IMG/VR virus record: IMGVR_UViG_3300032218_000672
Span: 1 to 40,334 of that record
DNA: 40,334 nt
DNA from: a virus
Taxonomy: Duplodnaviria > Caudoviricetes
Direction: 5' to 3' (one strand)
Shown here: positions 1-10,000 of the stretch, piece by piece
How positions within the stretch are numbered: the first letter of the stretch is position 1
Layout: every line of letters starts with the position of its first letter
Notes under the pieces: model-generated
Database searches by the model: none
Told to the model about the DNA's origin: nothing
Seen by the model: the letters and a program-made list of their open reading frames with translations, nothing else
Translations under genes and position numbers: made by a program

Positions 1-1
1 A

Positions 2-121
2 ACAGCAGTACATTCAACTGGTGAGGTTATGCCGGGCTACATAGATGAATTAAGAATTACAAAATATGGGCGCTATACGGCTAACTTCACAGCGCCCACT
101 GCGGCATTCCCTAACGGATAA
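2..121 (+). CDS. C-terminal fragment of LamG/concanavalin-A-like tail fibre protein (5' truncated)
   Basis: Frame 2 reads ...PGYIDELRITKYGRYTANFTAPTAAFPNG*, the typical end of phage LamG-domain fibre proteins. Confidence 0.75.
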   Translation, partial: TAVHSTGEVMPGYIDELRITKYGRYTANFTAPTAAFPNG

Positions 122-123
122 AC

Positions 124-318
124 ATGGACTCAGTAGAAACAAAACTAGCCGTGCATGAAGCCATATGCACGGAACGATACAACAGCATTGATCGCTCTTT
201 GCGTGATGGGGACAAACGCATGACGAAGATTGAGTACCTCTTGTATGGGGTGATTGTGTGCGTCCTGTTCGGCCCCGGCGTCGCAGGAGAGCTTGTCAAA
301 AAGGTTTTGGGGCTATAG
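124..318 (+). CDS. Small membrane protein (coiled coil plus C-terminal TM; XhlA/holin-like)
   Basis: 64 aa; hydrophobic LLYGVIVCVLFGPG segment; lies at the head of the lysis region. Confidence 0.6.
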   Translation: MDSVETKLAVHEAICTERYNSIDRSLRDGDKRMTKIEYLLYGVIVCVLFGPGVAGELVKKVLGL

Positions 319-319
319 C

Positions 320-415
320 ATGTGGGATTGGATGGAAGCTATCGTAGCCGCCATCTCAATTCTTTTCTTTGTGGCGTTTTGCACTTACATGATTGCATGG
401 GCTGGGATATGGTAA
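320..415 (+). CDS. 31-aa single-TM peptide (absent from the ORF track)
   Basis: ATG at 320; MWDWMEAIVAAISILFFVAFCTYMIAWAGIW*; fills the gap between 318 and the next ATG at 416. Confidence 0.6.
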   Translation: MWDWMEAIVAAISILFFVAFCTYMIAWAGIW

Positions 416-703
416 ATGCGCTGGTTCTTGCTGTTACTGCTGTTGGGGCTAGTTGGAGCCGTAGCCAAGAGTGGCTGTCATGTGCGCGAGTTCTATGGGA
501 TAGGCTACACAATCCACGATCCGACCGAGCGGCACAAACAGATGATGGCGTGGCTAGATCAGAATGCCCAGCACTGCAAGGCTTCAGACTATTTGGTTAT
601 CTGGAACAACCTGTCCGAGTGGGCGGGGTCAGCAGATTCCACATGGCTTAGAGCCAAGGTTGTACATGGATACAAAGATGCGGAGCAACGTGAAAAGAAA
701 TGA
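416..703 (+). CDS. Exported 95-aa protein with signal peptide (candidate RI-like antiholin)
   Basis: MRW followed by a Leu-rich h-region and AVA cleavage motif; two Cys in the mature part; ATGA overlap with the next gene. Confidence 0.6.
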   Translation: MRWFLLLLLLGLVGAVAKSGCHVREFYGIGYTIHDPTERHKQMMAWLDQNAQHCKASDYLVIWNNLSEWAGSADSTWLRAKVVHGYKDAEQREKK

Positions 704-939
704 TCCCACCCCTGTACAAATGGTATCCAATGGTTCAGCCAGAGGGATACCCAACCAAGACAGACACGCTTGAGCGCAGGGCTGAGAAGTTGACTGAAGA
801 CTACAAGCAAGCGTTGAAGATGAAGAAGATGGATGACAAAATTGATGATCTTGAGTTTCAGTTGTATGTAAAGAAGGCAGAACGAAATCAACTGAGCCTT
901 GAGATTTTTACCAACCGCAAATTGGACATATTGGTTTGA
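700..939 (+). CDS. Soluble helical 79-aa hypothetical protein in the lysis region
   Basis: Coupled by 4-nt overlap to the upstream gene; charged, coiled-coil-like. Confidence 0.6.
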   Translation: MIPPLYKWYPMVQPEGYPTKTDTLERRAEKLTEDYKQALKMKKMDDKIDDLEFQLYVKKAERNQLSLEIFTNRKLDILV

Positions 940-1646
940 ACATGGTCACAAAAAAAGCCCCAGCTAAGGTAGCTCCTGTAAAGCGCAGGATTGCCAAACC
1001 CAAGGTAGAGGTAATTGCCGCTCCTTCTCCAAAACCTGAAGTCAAAAAGGACGACAGCACCATTGGCAAGGTCATAGGTCTGATCGAGTGGGTGGACAAT
1101 CCCTTCAAGCTGTTCACCGTCATCTTGTTGTCGTTCCTGTTCTTCGCTGGCTACTTTGCTTGGGACTCTCGCACAGTCATTTTGAACGCTATTACAAACT
1201 CAAGCCATCAGCCTCAGCTTAAAGAGATCAAGGTGCTGGAGCACGTTGCAGAGCGTTTGAAGAAAGACTTGGAAGCCGAAACTGTCTTGGTTCACAAGGT
1301 GGTGCTGACTGTTAACAGCAGGACTACGCTTTTTGCGTATGGCTCTAAAGGACGTGAAACTTCTCTTGATGGTTATGTCTCTACCTTGTTTGGCAAAGAT
1401 GTGGCTCGAAATTCCGCAGTCATTGCCATGATGAATGGTGAAGTCTATTGCGACAAGCTGGTAGCCTCTGGAAAAACCTCAGAGTGGGAAGAGAAACAGG
1501 GCGTGGGCTTTATCTGTCGTGGCTCTGTGCCACCTGAAATGGGTGCATTTGAGGGGTATATCTCTGTTGGGTTTACCAAAGAACCACAAGACCTTGGCGC
1601 TGTTAAAACTCGTATCAACCTAGCTTCAACTGAAATGGCTAAATAA
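936..1646 (+). CDS. Single-TM protein with C-terminal GAF-like domain; T4 holin T-like (likely start ATG 942)
   Basis: Basic N-terminus, amphipathic helix, one TM, then LEAETVLVH / LFAYG / MMNGEVY / FEGYISVGF in the same order as motifs recalled from T4 T; directly upstream of the endolysin. Confidence 0.55.
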   Translation: MNMVTKKAPAKVAPVKRRIAKPKVEVIAAPSPKPEVKKDDSTIGKVIGLIEWVDNPFKLFTVILLSFLFFAGYFAWDSRTVILNAITNSSHQPQLKEIKVLEHVAERLKKDLEAETVLVHKVVLTVNSRTTLFAYGSKGRETSLDGYVSTLFGKDVARNSAVIAMMNGEVYCDKLVASGKTSEWEEKQGVGFICRGSVPPEMGAFEGYISVGFTKEPQDLGAVKTRINLASTEMAK

Positions 1647-1647
1647 C

Positions 1648-2163
1648 ATGGCACAGTTTGAACCTGCTTTTGAGCAAATGATTACAGACGAGGGCGGCTA
1701 CGTCCTCCACGAAGTCCCCGGCGACACGGGCGGCATGACCTATGCAGGTATTGCTAGAAACAAGAACCCGCAATGGAATGGCTGGGCGCTTGTCGATAAG
1801 AAAGAGTTTGGCGGCTCCTTGACGCCTATGGTGCGTGAGTTTTACCGTACAGAGTTCTGGGACAAGATGCGTGGTAATGAGATTACAAACCAAGAAATTG
1901 CAAACACCATCTTCAATTTTGGTGTCAATTCAGGCATGGGCATGGCTATTAAGCTGGCTCAACTAACCGTTGGAGCCACCCCTGACGGCGGGATTGGTGC
2001 CAAAACCATCGAAAAGCTCAACGCAGTTACTGACGGACAGCAGTTCAAACAGGCATACGCTTTGGCAAAGATGGCGCGTTATGCTGAAATTTGCAACAAA
2101 AACAGGGCGCAGTCCAAGTTCTTACTGGGCTGGCTTAACCGTACATTGAAAGGTCTAGCATGA
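1648..2163 (+). CDS. Endolysin, glycoside hydrolase family 108 with C-terminal peptidoglycan-binding region
   Basis: EGGY, DTGGMTYAGI, FNFGVNSG, DGGIGAKT and KFLLGWLNR motifs. Confidence 0.92.
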   Translation: MAQFEPAFEQMITDEGGYVLHEVPGDTGGMTYAGIARNKNPQWNGWALVDKKEFGGSLTPMVREFYRTEFWDKMRGNEITNQEIANTIFNFGVNSGMGMAIKLAQLTVGATPDGGIGAKTIEKLNAVTDGQQFKQAYALAKMARYAEICNKNRAQSKFLLGWLNRTLKGLA

Positions 2164-2579
2164 GTTTACTAGGCGTTAGCTCCATCATTGAGGCCGTGGG
2201 TAAGGTTGCAGGCGACCTGATCACCACCGACAAAGAGCGCATGGAGATGGAGATCGAGCAACGAAAGCTTGATCTTGAAGAGAAGAAGCTGGATATGGCT
2301 GGTGACATGGCTCAGATCGAGGTCAACAAAGAGGAAGCCAAGAGCGCAAGCTTTTTCGTCTCTGGGTGGCGTCCATTCATCGGGTGGGGCTGTGGCATTG
2401 CTTTCATTTATTCGGCGCTCATAGAGCCGATTTGCCGCTTTGTAGCCACCACGATTTTCATGTACAACGGTTCATTCCCAGTCATTGACAGCAACTTGAC
2501 CATGCAGGTCATGCTTGGGATGCTCGGTTTGGGCGCCATGAGGTCATACGAGAAGTCCAACGGGGTTGCTCGCAAGTAA
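2160..2579 (+). CDS. Holin, 3TM (GTA_holin_3TM-like)
   Basis: QIEVNKEEA..S.FVSGWRPFIGW and MLGMLGLGAMRSYEK signature; overlaps the endolysin stop. Confidence 0.88.
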   Translation: MSLLGVSSIIEAVGKVAGDLITTDKERMEMEIEQRKLDLEEKKLDMAGDMAQIEVNKEEAKSASFFVSGWRPFIGWGCGIAFIYSALIEPICRFVATTIFMYNGSFPVIDSNLTMQVMLGMLGLGAMRSYEKSNGVARK

Positions 2580-2581
2580 CC

Positions 2582-2610
2582 TTGTCACAAGTTAAAAGGC
2601 ATACTAAAAT
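2582..2610 (+). promoter_or_regulatory. Sigma70-like promoter upstream of the tail/internal protein operon
   Basis: TTGTCA (2582-2587), 17 nt, TAAAAT (2605-2610); RBS GAGGTG before ATG 2638. Confidence 0.55.
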
Positions 2611-2637
2611 GTCCCAACGAATCTACGAGGTGAACGC

Positions 2638-3273
2638 ATGACGACCGCAAGTGTTATGACCTATGACAGTTTGGTCGAAAACATCCAATCTTATTTGGAG
2701 CGTACAGACGCCGCCACGCTGGACAAGATCCCCCTTTTTATCATGCTTGCTGAGCAGGTTATTGCCTCTCAGATCAAGTTTTTGGGCAATTTGACGGTCA
2801 ACACCAGCACAATGACTGCTGATCAAAACGTCATTGATAAGCCAGCCCGATGGCACAAAACAGTCTCTATGAACATCACCGTAGCTGGTGAGCGCTTTCC
2901 TGTTTTTAATCGCAGGTATGAGTACCTTCGTGAATACTGGCCAGATCCAGCGGCAACGGACGTCCCTAAGTTTTACTGCGACTACGACTACACCCATTGG
3001 ATGGTGGCGCCTACCCCTGCCGCGGCTTACAATTTTGAGGTTTTGTACTACGAGCGCGTTCAACCTTTGGACAGCTCTAATCAGACCAATTGGTTTACCA
3101 CCTACGCCCCTCAAGCACTGCTGTACGGGTCTTTGCTTCAAGCCATGCCGTTCCTCAAGAACGATGATCGCGTGCCTATGTGGCAGGCTCAGTACAAGCT
3201 GATCATGGACATCTTGACCGCTGAGGACAAGTTGCGTATTGGAGATCGTCAAGCAATCGCTAACGACAGTTAA
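2638..3273 (+). CDS. Head-tail adaptor / tail tubular protein A-like
   Basis: 211 aa; IPLFIMLAE, PKFY, VAPTP...Y, NWFTTYAPQALLYGSL pattern of podophage adaptors; RBS and position agree. Confidence 0.7.
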   Translation: MTTASVMTYDSLVENIQSYLERTDAATLDKIPLFIMLAEQVIASQIKFLGNLTVNTSTMTADQNVIDKPARWHKTVSMNITVAGERFPVFNRRYEYLREYWPDPAATDVPKFYCDYDYTHWMVAPTPAAAYNFEVLYYERVQPLDSSNQTNWFTTYAPQALLYGSLLQAMPFLKNDDRVPMWQAQYKLIMDILTAEDKLRIGDRQAIANDS

Positions 3274-3281
3274 GGACAAAC

Positions 3282-4526
3282 ATGAGCTACAACTCACCAT
3301 TCACAGGCAACGTCGTTCAACCGACGGACGTTTCTTATCGTGCCGTTACGCTGACAGCAAACACTCAATTGCAGTGGCCAATCAACGGCAACGCTACTGA
3401 CGACTTTGCCGCTCGCATTATGCAGGTTACGGCCACGACTGCTGGCCTTAGCCTGTACATGCCCCCTGCCAACCAAAGCTCCGTAGGTAATGACGCTTTG
3501 ATTCGCAACGTCGGATCTAACACGTTTACGGTCAAAGACTACGCAGGCGCCAACACAATCATCTCTGTTGCCGCTGGTGAGTCCAAGTACGTCTACATCA
3601 CAGCCAACCCTACGGTTACAGGCACATGGGGCAACATTGCTTTTGGCACTGGAACATCCTCTGCTGATGCCGCTACCTTGGCTGGTTATGGCTTAGTTGC
3701 CAGTGGCTCAACGCTGAACCAAAGCCACCCAGCCTTGACCTTGGTTAATGCTGGAACCTTTGGCGTTACCAATCGCGCTCAGACCTCTGTGTGGGACGGC
3801 GGAGCTGGTACTTACACACTCCCATCCGCTTCTTCTTTGGGGAACAATTGGTTTACGTTGTTTAAGAACAGCGGAACTGGCTCAATGGTGATCTCCGCCT
3901 CTGACAACATTGACGGATCGTCTACAAAGACCTTTGCACCTAACGAGTCTGCTTTCATTGTCAGCACTGGTACAACCTACCTGACCGTAGGTTACGGTGT
4001 GAGCAACCAGTTCTTTTACACCTCTTTGGTTAAGGCGGTGACCACAGGGTCATACACTTTAACTTCAAGTGAAGCCACAAACACCATTCAAACCTATACA
4101 GGAACTTTGACTGGTAACGTGACAATCGTTTACCCTCCTGTGGTGAACTTGTACGTGATCAAGAACTCCACGACTGCTGGAAGCTACACGTTTACCGTAG
4201 GAACAGGTGTCGGGACATCTGTAACCATTCCTTCTGGTCAGCAGGTAACTTTGGCTTGCGACGGAACTAACTTTTTCAATGCCAACACATCTCAAGCTGG
4301 TTCTGTCACCACTGTCTCTTTGAATGACGGAACGGTGGGTGCTCCTGCGCTGAGTTACGCCGCTGAGTCAACTACGGGTTTGTATCGTGCTGGTGCTGGT
4401 CAATTTAACACCGCCATTTTGGGTGTTGTAAGGTCTACATTAACGGCAACTGGTTTGACGATTGCTGGGACTGTTACAGGGACTACTGGAACCTTTACCA
4501 CTGGTATTACTGGGGGCTCCTTCTAA
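3282..4526 (+). CDS. Virion structural / tail fibre-base protein
   Basis: 414 aa, Thr/Gly/Ser beta-rich; repeated TLP...KN...TI-type modules; lies between adaptor and nozzle. Confidence 0.65.
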   Translation: MSYNSPFTGNVVQPTDVSYRAVTLTANTQLQWPINGNATDDFAARIMQVTATTAGLSLYMPPANQSSVGNDALIRNVGSNTFTVKDYAGANTIISVAAGESKYVYITANPTVTGTWGNIAFGTGTSSADAATLAGYGLVASGSTLNQSHPALTLVNAGTFGVTNRAQTSVWDGGAGTYTLPSASSLGNNWFTLFKNSGTGSMVISASDNIDGSSTKTFAPNESAFIVSTGTTYLTVGYGVSNQFFYTSLVKAVTTGSYTLTSSEATNTIQTYTGTLTGNVTIVYPPVVNLYVIKNSTTAGSYTFTVGTGVGTSVTIPSGQQVTLACDGTNFFNANTSQAGSVTTVSLNDGTVGAPALSYAAESTTGLYRAGAGQFNTAILGVVRSTLTATGLTIAGTVTGTTGTFTTGITGGSF

Positions 4527-6769
4527 TGACCAAGAAGGTCTTTGCGCTCGACACGAAGCCGGGCATCCAGCGGGATGGCACCGTCTTTGACATGGACTTC
4601 TACACCGACGGTCGTTGGGTAAGGTTCCAGCGCGGACGCCCTCGTAAGGTTGGTGGCTATACACAGATAACGGCAGGTCTGTCAGGCCCGTCCCGAGGCG
4701 TATACGTCAACCCTCAACAAGGATTCAACAACGTATTTAGTGGTCATTCTCAGGGCTTGCAGGTTGTTCCTATCGACAACAATGGAGTGGGTGCAGGCGT
4801 TACAGATCTGACACTGTCAAACTTCACCTCGTCTGACAATAATCTGTGGCAGTTTGATACGTTCTATGACGTAAGTGGATCTGGCAACAATTTGCTGTTA
4901 GCGCACGCTGGTCAAAATCTCTCCCTTATAGACAACAACATCAACACCCCTGTCTTGGGTGGCGACATCACTGGCACAAGCCTGTCCGCTATTGGCGTAT
5001 TTACAGCCTCTATGTACTTGAACAGTACCACGACAGCTTACTTGTCAACACAAAATACTCAAATCGGTGCTGGTCAATCTATCTCTGGTACTGGTATTCC
5101 CTCTGGCGCTACGATTGTCTCAACTAACCTAAGAGTGCCTGTTTTAAATGCTGTAGCTGTGACTGGTACTGCTGGTCAGTGCTCCTGCACCTCAACATCT
5201 GGCTTGTACATTGGTCAAACAGTCGCTGTATCTGGTACTTTGAGTGGATCTGCTACAGGTATTACCTCTGGCGTGACGTACTACATCATTGCTACGAACT
5301 ACGCTACAACTTTTACTCTGTCCGCCTCTTCTGGCGGTGCGGCGATCACCACTACGGCTGGAACCACAACTGGTTTGGTCTTTACTGCTGGTCAGATCCA
5401 AGATGTGGTAATTTCTGCCGCCGCAACAACTTCTGGTGCGTCTACGATTACTTTTAACAACAACATTTCCGTCTCTGGTGGTGTTGTTTCCCTCCATCCG
5501 TACGTGTTTGTGTACGGAAATAACGGTCTGATCAAGAACTGTTCAGCAGGGAACTTAAATGATTGGGTCTCAGCAGACGCAAATGAGGTCTCTGTAGCCA
5601 CTGGAAAGATTGTCCAAGGGCTACCAGTCCGAGGTGGCTCAAACGCGCCTTCTGGGCTGTTTTGGAGCCTTGACAGCCTTATCCGCGTGTCATTTATCGG
5701 TGGTACAGGAACTCCTCCTCAGTACTGGCGCTATGACTTGATCTCTTCTCAGTCGTCTATTCTGTCTTCTCAGTCTGTGATTGAGTATGACGGCATTTAT
5801 TATTGGTGTGGTGTTGACCGATTCCTGCTCTACAACGGTGTTGTAAAGGAAATTCCTAACACCATGAACCAGAACTACTTTTTTGACAACCTGAACTATG
5901 CTCAAAGAGAGAAGGTTTGGGTGTCTAAGGTTCCTCGTTTTGGTGAGATCTGGTGGTTCTACCCTCGTGGTAACGCTACAGAGTGCACTGACGCGATCAT
6001 TTTTAACGTGCGTGAGAATGTTTGGTACGACGCTGGTGAGGCTCTAGGAGCTCGTCGCTCTGCTGGTTACTTCTCTCAGGTCTTCCACTATCCAGTTGCT
6101 TCATCTTGGGAAACCAATGCTGTGGGCGGTGTGAACAATATCACCAAGACTGCTGGCGGATCTTCCTACACCAACGGAACTTACACAAACAAAGCTCTGA
6201 CTGGTGGAAGTGGATCAGGTGCTACAGCTACGATTGTGGTTGCTGGCGGAACTGTTACCTCCGTCACAATCTACAACAAGGGTGTGAACTACGTTGTTGG
6301 TAACACCTTGTCTGCGACGATTGCTGGTGGGTCTGGTTTGATCATTACCGTCAATCAGGTTGTTAATTTTGTGTCCTTGTGGCAACATGAGGTTGGTACA
6401 GACGAAGTGCAGAACACTACCGTGTTGGCTATTGAATCGTTCTTTGAGACCAATGATCTTGGTTGGGTCTCGGGCGGCCCTGCTCAGGGAACGCCAGTAG
6501 CTGACAATCGATGGTTACACATTGAGCGCCTAGAGCCTGACTTTATTCAGTCTGGCACGATGGAGCTGTATGTGACTGGTAGACCATTTGCGCAGTCCGA
6601 GGACAAGACGACTGGGCCGTACCCCTTTGAGCCAAACACCAACAAAATTGACTTGCGTGAACAACGTCGAGAGCTTCGGTTAAGATTTGTCTCTAACGTG
6701 GCAGGTGGAAACTACCAACTTGGTAAGCTCTTGCTTGACGCGGACATGGGAGACGTACGTGGCTACTAA
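4526..6769 (+). CDS. Tail nozzle / tubular protein B (P22 gp10-like) with two inserted beta-rich domains
   Basis: N-terminal WVRFQRGRPRKVGG, FGEIWWFYP and C-terminal RELRLRF..GKL.LD...G; TAATG coupling to the upstream gene. Confidence 0.7.
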   Translation: MTKKVFALDTKPGIQRDGTVFDMDFYTDGRWVRFQRGRPRKVGGYTQITAGLSGPSRGVYVNPQQGFNNVFSGHSQGLQVVPIDNNGVGAGVTDLTLSNFTSSDNNLWQFDTFYDVSGSGNNLLLAHAGQNLSLIDNNINTPVLGGDITGTSLSAIGVFTASMYLNSTTTAYLSTQNTQIGAGQSISGTGIPSGATIVSTNLRVPVLNAVAVTGTAGQCSCTSTSGLYIGQTVAVSGTLSGSATGITSGVTYYIIATNYATTFTLSASSGGAAITTTAGTTTGLVFTAGQIQDVVISAAATTSGASTITFNNNISVSGGVVSLHPYVFVYGNNGLIKNCSAGNLNDWVSADANEVSVATGKIVQGLPVRGGSNAPSGLFWSLDSLIRVSFIGGTGTPPQYWRYDLISSQSSILSSQSVIEYDGIYYWCGVDRFLLYNGVVKEIPNTMNQNYFFDNLNYAQREKVWVSKVPRFGEIWWFYPRGNATECTDAIIFNVRENVWYDAGEALGARRSAGYFSQVFHYPVASSWETNAVGGVNNITKTAGGSSYTNGTYTNKALTGGSGSGATATIVVAGGTVTSVTIYNKGVNYVVGNTLSATIAGGSGLIITVNQVVNFVSLWQHEVGTDEVQNTTVLAIESFFETNDLGWVSGGPAQGTPVADNRWLHIERLEPDFIQSGTMELYVTGRPFAQSEDKTTGPYPFEPNTNKIDLREQRRELRLRFVSNVAGGNYQLGKLLLDADMGDVRGY

Positions 6770-7022
6770 TCCACTGAACGTCGGACTAGTTTATGACCCA
6801 CGGTATCATACGTTTGAGTCGTGGGCGAGCCTCATGGTGGAGCTATATGGTGCCCAGAATCTACAGATCCCAACTGCAACGACAGAGTGGCAGGAGTGGG
6901 CGTCTGGACTGAAGGCGATAGATGTGTTTACAAATGAGGGCATACCCGGCCCCTTCATCTACGAAGACTGGCAAGAATGGGCTGAAGCTCTTGTCAACGC
7001 AGTTAACCCATCGGTAAACTGA
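6759..7022 (+). CDS. Small Trp-rich virion-associated protein
   Basis: GTG start at 6759 with GGAG RBS; repeated WQEWA motif. Confidence 0.65.
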   Translation: MATNPLNVGLVYDPRYHTFESWASLMVELYGAQNLQIPTATTEWQEWASGLKAIDVFTNEGIPGPFIYEDWQEWAEALVNAVNPSVN

Positions 7023-7024
7023 AC

Positions 7025-10000
7025 ATGGCATTATCTGACGCTTACAAGTACGCGACCGCTGAGGGCGGAATTGGTCTTGATGCTTACTATGGAAACATTA
7101 ACAGCTTTTTGGCCAACAACCCAGACCAACAAGCTATTGCTGATGCAATGGCTCAGTATGGTGTTAGTCAAGAAGACGTTGCCGCCGCTAGGGCGCTTAC
7201 CGCTACACCAGCATCTGGGTTATCTGCTGTAACTTCAGGAAAAAACACAGTCCTTGATGACAAGACCACGTTTAACAACGGTTCAACGGGCGCTCTAACG
7301 CAAGTTACAGGTAACACAGGTTCAACAACGGGAGCTTTAACTCAGGCCACAGATGGAGCTAGTTCTACCACAGGTTTAACCACTGGCGCTACTACAGGCT
7401 CAACTACTGGATCTACTACTGGCGCCCTAGAAACCGCTACCACTGGAACTGCTGACACATCTGGCTCAACATCGGCTACAACTGGAGCAACTACTGGCAC
7501 AGCTTTTGATCTAATTACCAATGCATGGCTCAATGGAGATTTTGCTGGCACAGCAAACATCATTAAAGTTGCAGGTTTAACTCCAGCTCAAGTTCAGGCT
7601 TACTACAGTTTAGATGATGCAACGATGGATTACGTGTTTGGTACGGGTGTGTTTGGAACTCAAACCCCTACTCCCACACCAACACCAACGCCTACATCGA
7701 TTGTTACAACACCTACACCAACACCAACTGTAGTTGATACATTGGTTACTCCAACACCTACGCCTGTTGTTACTCCTGTTGTTACACCAACTCCCACCCC
7801 AACCCCAACACTATTACCGACACCGACACCTACTCCGACACCCACCCCAACGCCAACTCCAACTCCTACACCAACGTCTAAACCAGAGGATTTGGTTAAC
7901 TATGCCAACCTGAACATAAAGCTTGACAAGAATGTTTTGTCAAGCCTGACAAGTCAAATTCAAACCATTACAAATTTGACTGGTGCAAATAAATATTGGT
8001 CTGGTGGTGCTTTTAATGCGGGTCAAGGCGCAAATATTGGTTTTGATGCAAATGTAGGCGCAAGTATTCTTGGTTTAGATAGCATCAACAATCAACAGCA
8101 AGTTGCATTGGACATGGCGGCCTTCTTGGCCTCCAAGGGTATTACTAACCTAAACCAAATTGGATATGGCGACATCATTGGTGACATTCCAGTCAGACTT
8201 CAACCAACTTACGATGAAAATAACAATGTAACTGGGTATATAAAATATGACCCAACTACAGACAGTTATGTGCCAGTTTCTAAAGATGAAATGGCTAAAT
8301 ATCATTTAGCTGATTTTGGAGATGGCAATACTGGTTATGCAATGACTGGCGTGGTAGGTCAAGGCGTCATCAACAAAGCTACTGGTGAACGTATTGACGA
8401 CGGATCTGGTAAGTTTGGTGCAACCTACACAGGTAAAGGCGGCACAGAATACAGGGTTCAAGTTGATCCATCAACTGGCCTTCCAATCTTCTACACAAAC
8501 GGTGTAAGCAGTAACACGCTGGCCAACATCTTGACAGACCTTGGTCCGATTGGCCAAATTGGTATTGCTATTGCCACCAGTGGCATGTCTATCCCTGCTC
8601 AGATTGGCACACAGTTTGCCATTCAGGTGTTGAGCGGTCAGGACATCAATGCATCTATCAAGAACGCACTTGCCTCATACCTTGGTAATGAGATCCTAAC
8701 CACTGCCGGCATAGCTGATATTTCAAAACAGCTCAACGCAATTGACTCCACAGGTATGCTTGCAAAGGCATTCCAAGGCTCTGTCGTTGGCGCTACAAAA
8801 GGCGTTGTAACTGGCCAAGACGTATTTGACTCAGCCAAGATTGGTTTTATTCAAGGCGGAACAAGCGGCGCCGCTGATGCCATCATGGCCAACTTTGGTG
8901 ATCAGTTGAGTGGCTTGTCAAAGACACAGCAAGCCGCACTCAAGACATTGATCACTGGCACGCTCAGCAACAAGCCTTTAGATCAGGCTCTGATTGACAG
9001 CATCATCAGTGGTGTTAGTACAGAGATTAAATCTAACAAGGCCGCAAACACCGCTACGGCCACAAAGTTGACTGATGCTGGCATCGGCTCAGCAGAATCT
9101 ACAGCGCTTGCTTTGTCTGGTTTTGATGAAAGCGACATGTCGTACCTGAAGAACGGTACAAAGCCTGACGCGGATACAGCGCGTGCGCTGATTGCTATTG
9201 GCATCAACCCAGAGACGGGTAAATTCTTGACCGGTGACTACACCGCTGGCGGTGGTGAGCTGGTTGCAGGCCCGGGCGGCATCAACAACAAAACAACGCA
9301 AGTTCAATACGACTCAACTGGAAAGCCATCAACAATCTCGTTTGTTGACATCAATGGTGTAACTCAAAACCTGCCTGTGTCTTTGGACAAACAGGGCAAT
9401 ATGACGTATCAAGAGAACGGTAAGACCGTGTCTCTGGTTACTGATGCAAGTGGCAAGCCAATCACCATGCCGTTTATTGACGACAATGGTAAGCTCACAC
9501 AGCTGAACGTCAAGCAGGACGCCGCCACTGGAAAAATCTATTTTGATCTGAACGGAACGCCAACAATTGTTCCCCCAGATCAAATGATTAGTGTGCTGGC
9601 ACGTAAATATCCAGATCAATTCTTAAAAGCTTCTGATGAGTTTTATGGTGGTATTGGCAAAGAAGCTACTGATCTGAATGCCAAGCTCACAGAGGTGTTG
9701 CAACGCGAAGGATTATTGCCCGGCGCAACCTCAATAGATACGGTTGACACAACAACTAAAACCAAGCCTTCAACCTTTGACAACTTCTGGAGCAAAGTAG
9801 ACCTCAAAGCCGCAACCATGGGCGAGGTCGGTGATATTGCTGGTGCAATTGATAACCCTGTTGTGCAAAACATTTTGCGTTCTGGCCAAGCTCAGGGCTT
9901 TATCAACAACATCAAAGAATACTTTGACAAGGCCGATTTGGGTACTGATGATAAAAAATACTATCAGGATTTGATGAAGGAAATCATCACCCAGTTCCCT

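Noticed and set aside
1-121. Diversity-generating retroelement target at the fibre C-terminus
   Set aside because: No reverse transcriptase and no template repeat seen in the window.
416-480. Lipoprotein (o-spanin) call from Cys21
   Set aside because: KSGC is not a canonical lipobox; an AVA signal peptidase I site precedes it.
2623-3300. Long alternative ORFs overlapping assigned genes (e.g. 2623-3300 minus, 31484-32092 minus, 37907-38536 plus)
   Set aside because: Overlap well-supported genes, lack RBS or motifs, and have atypical composition.
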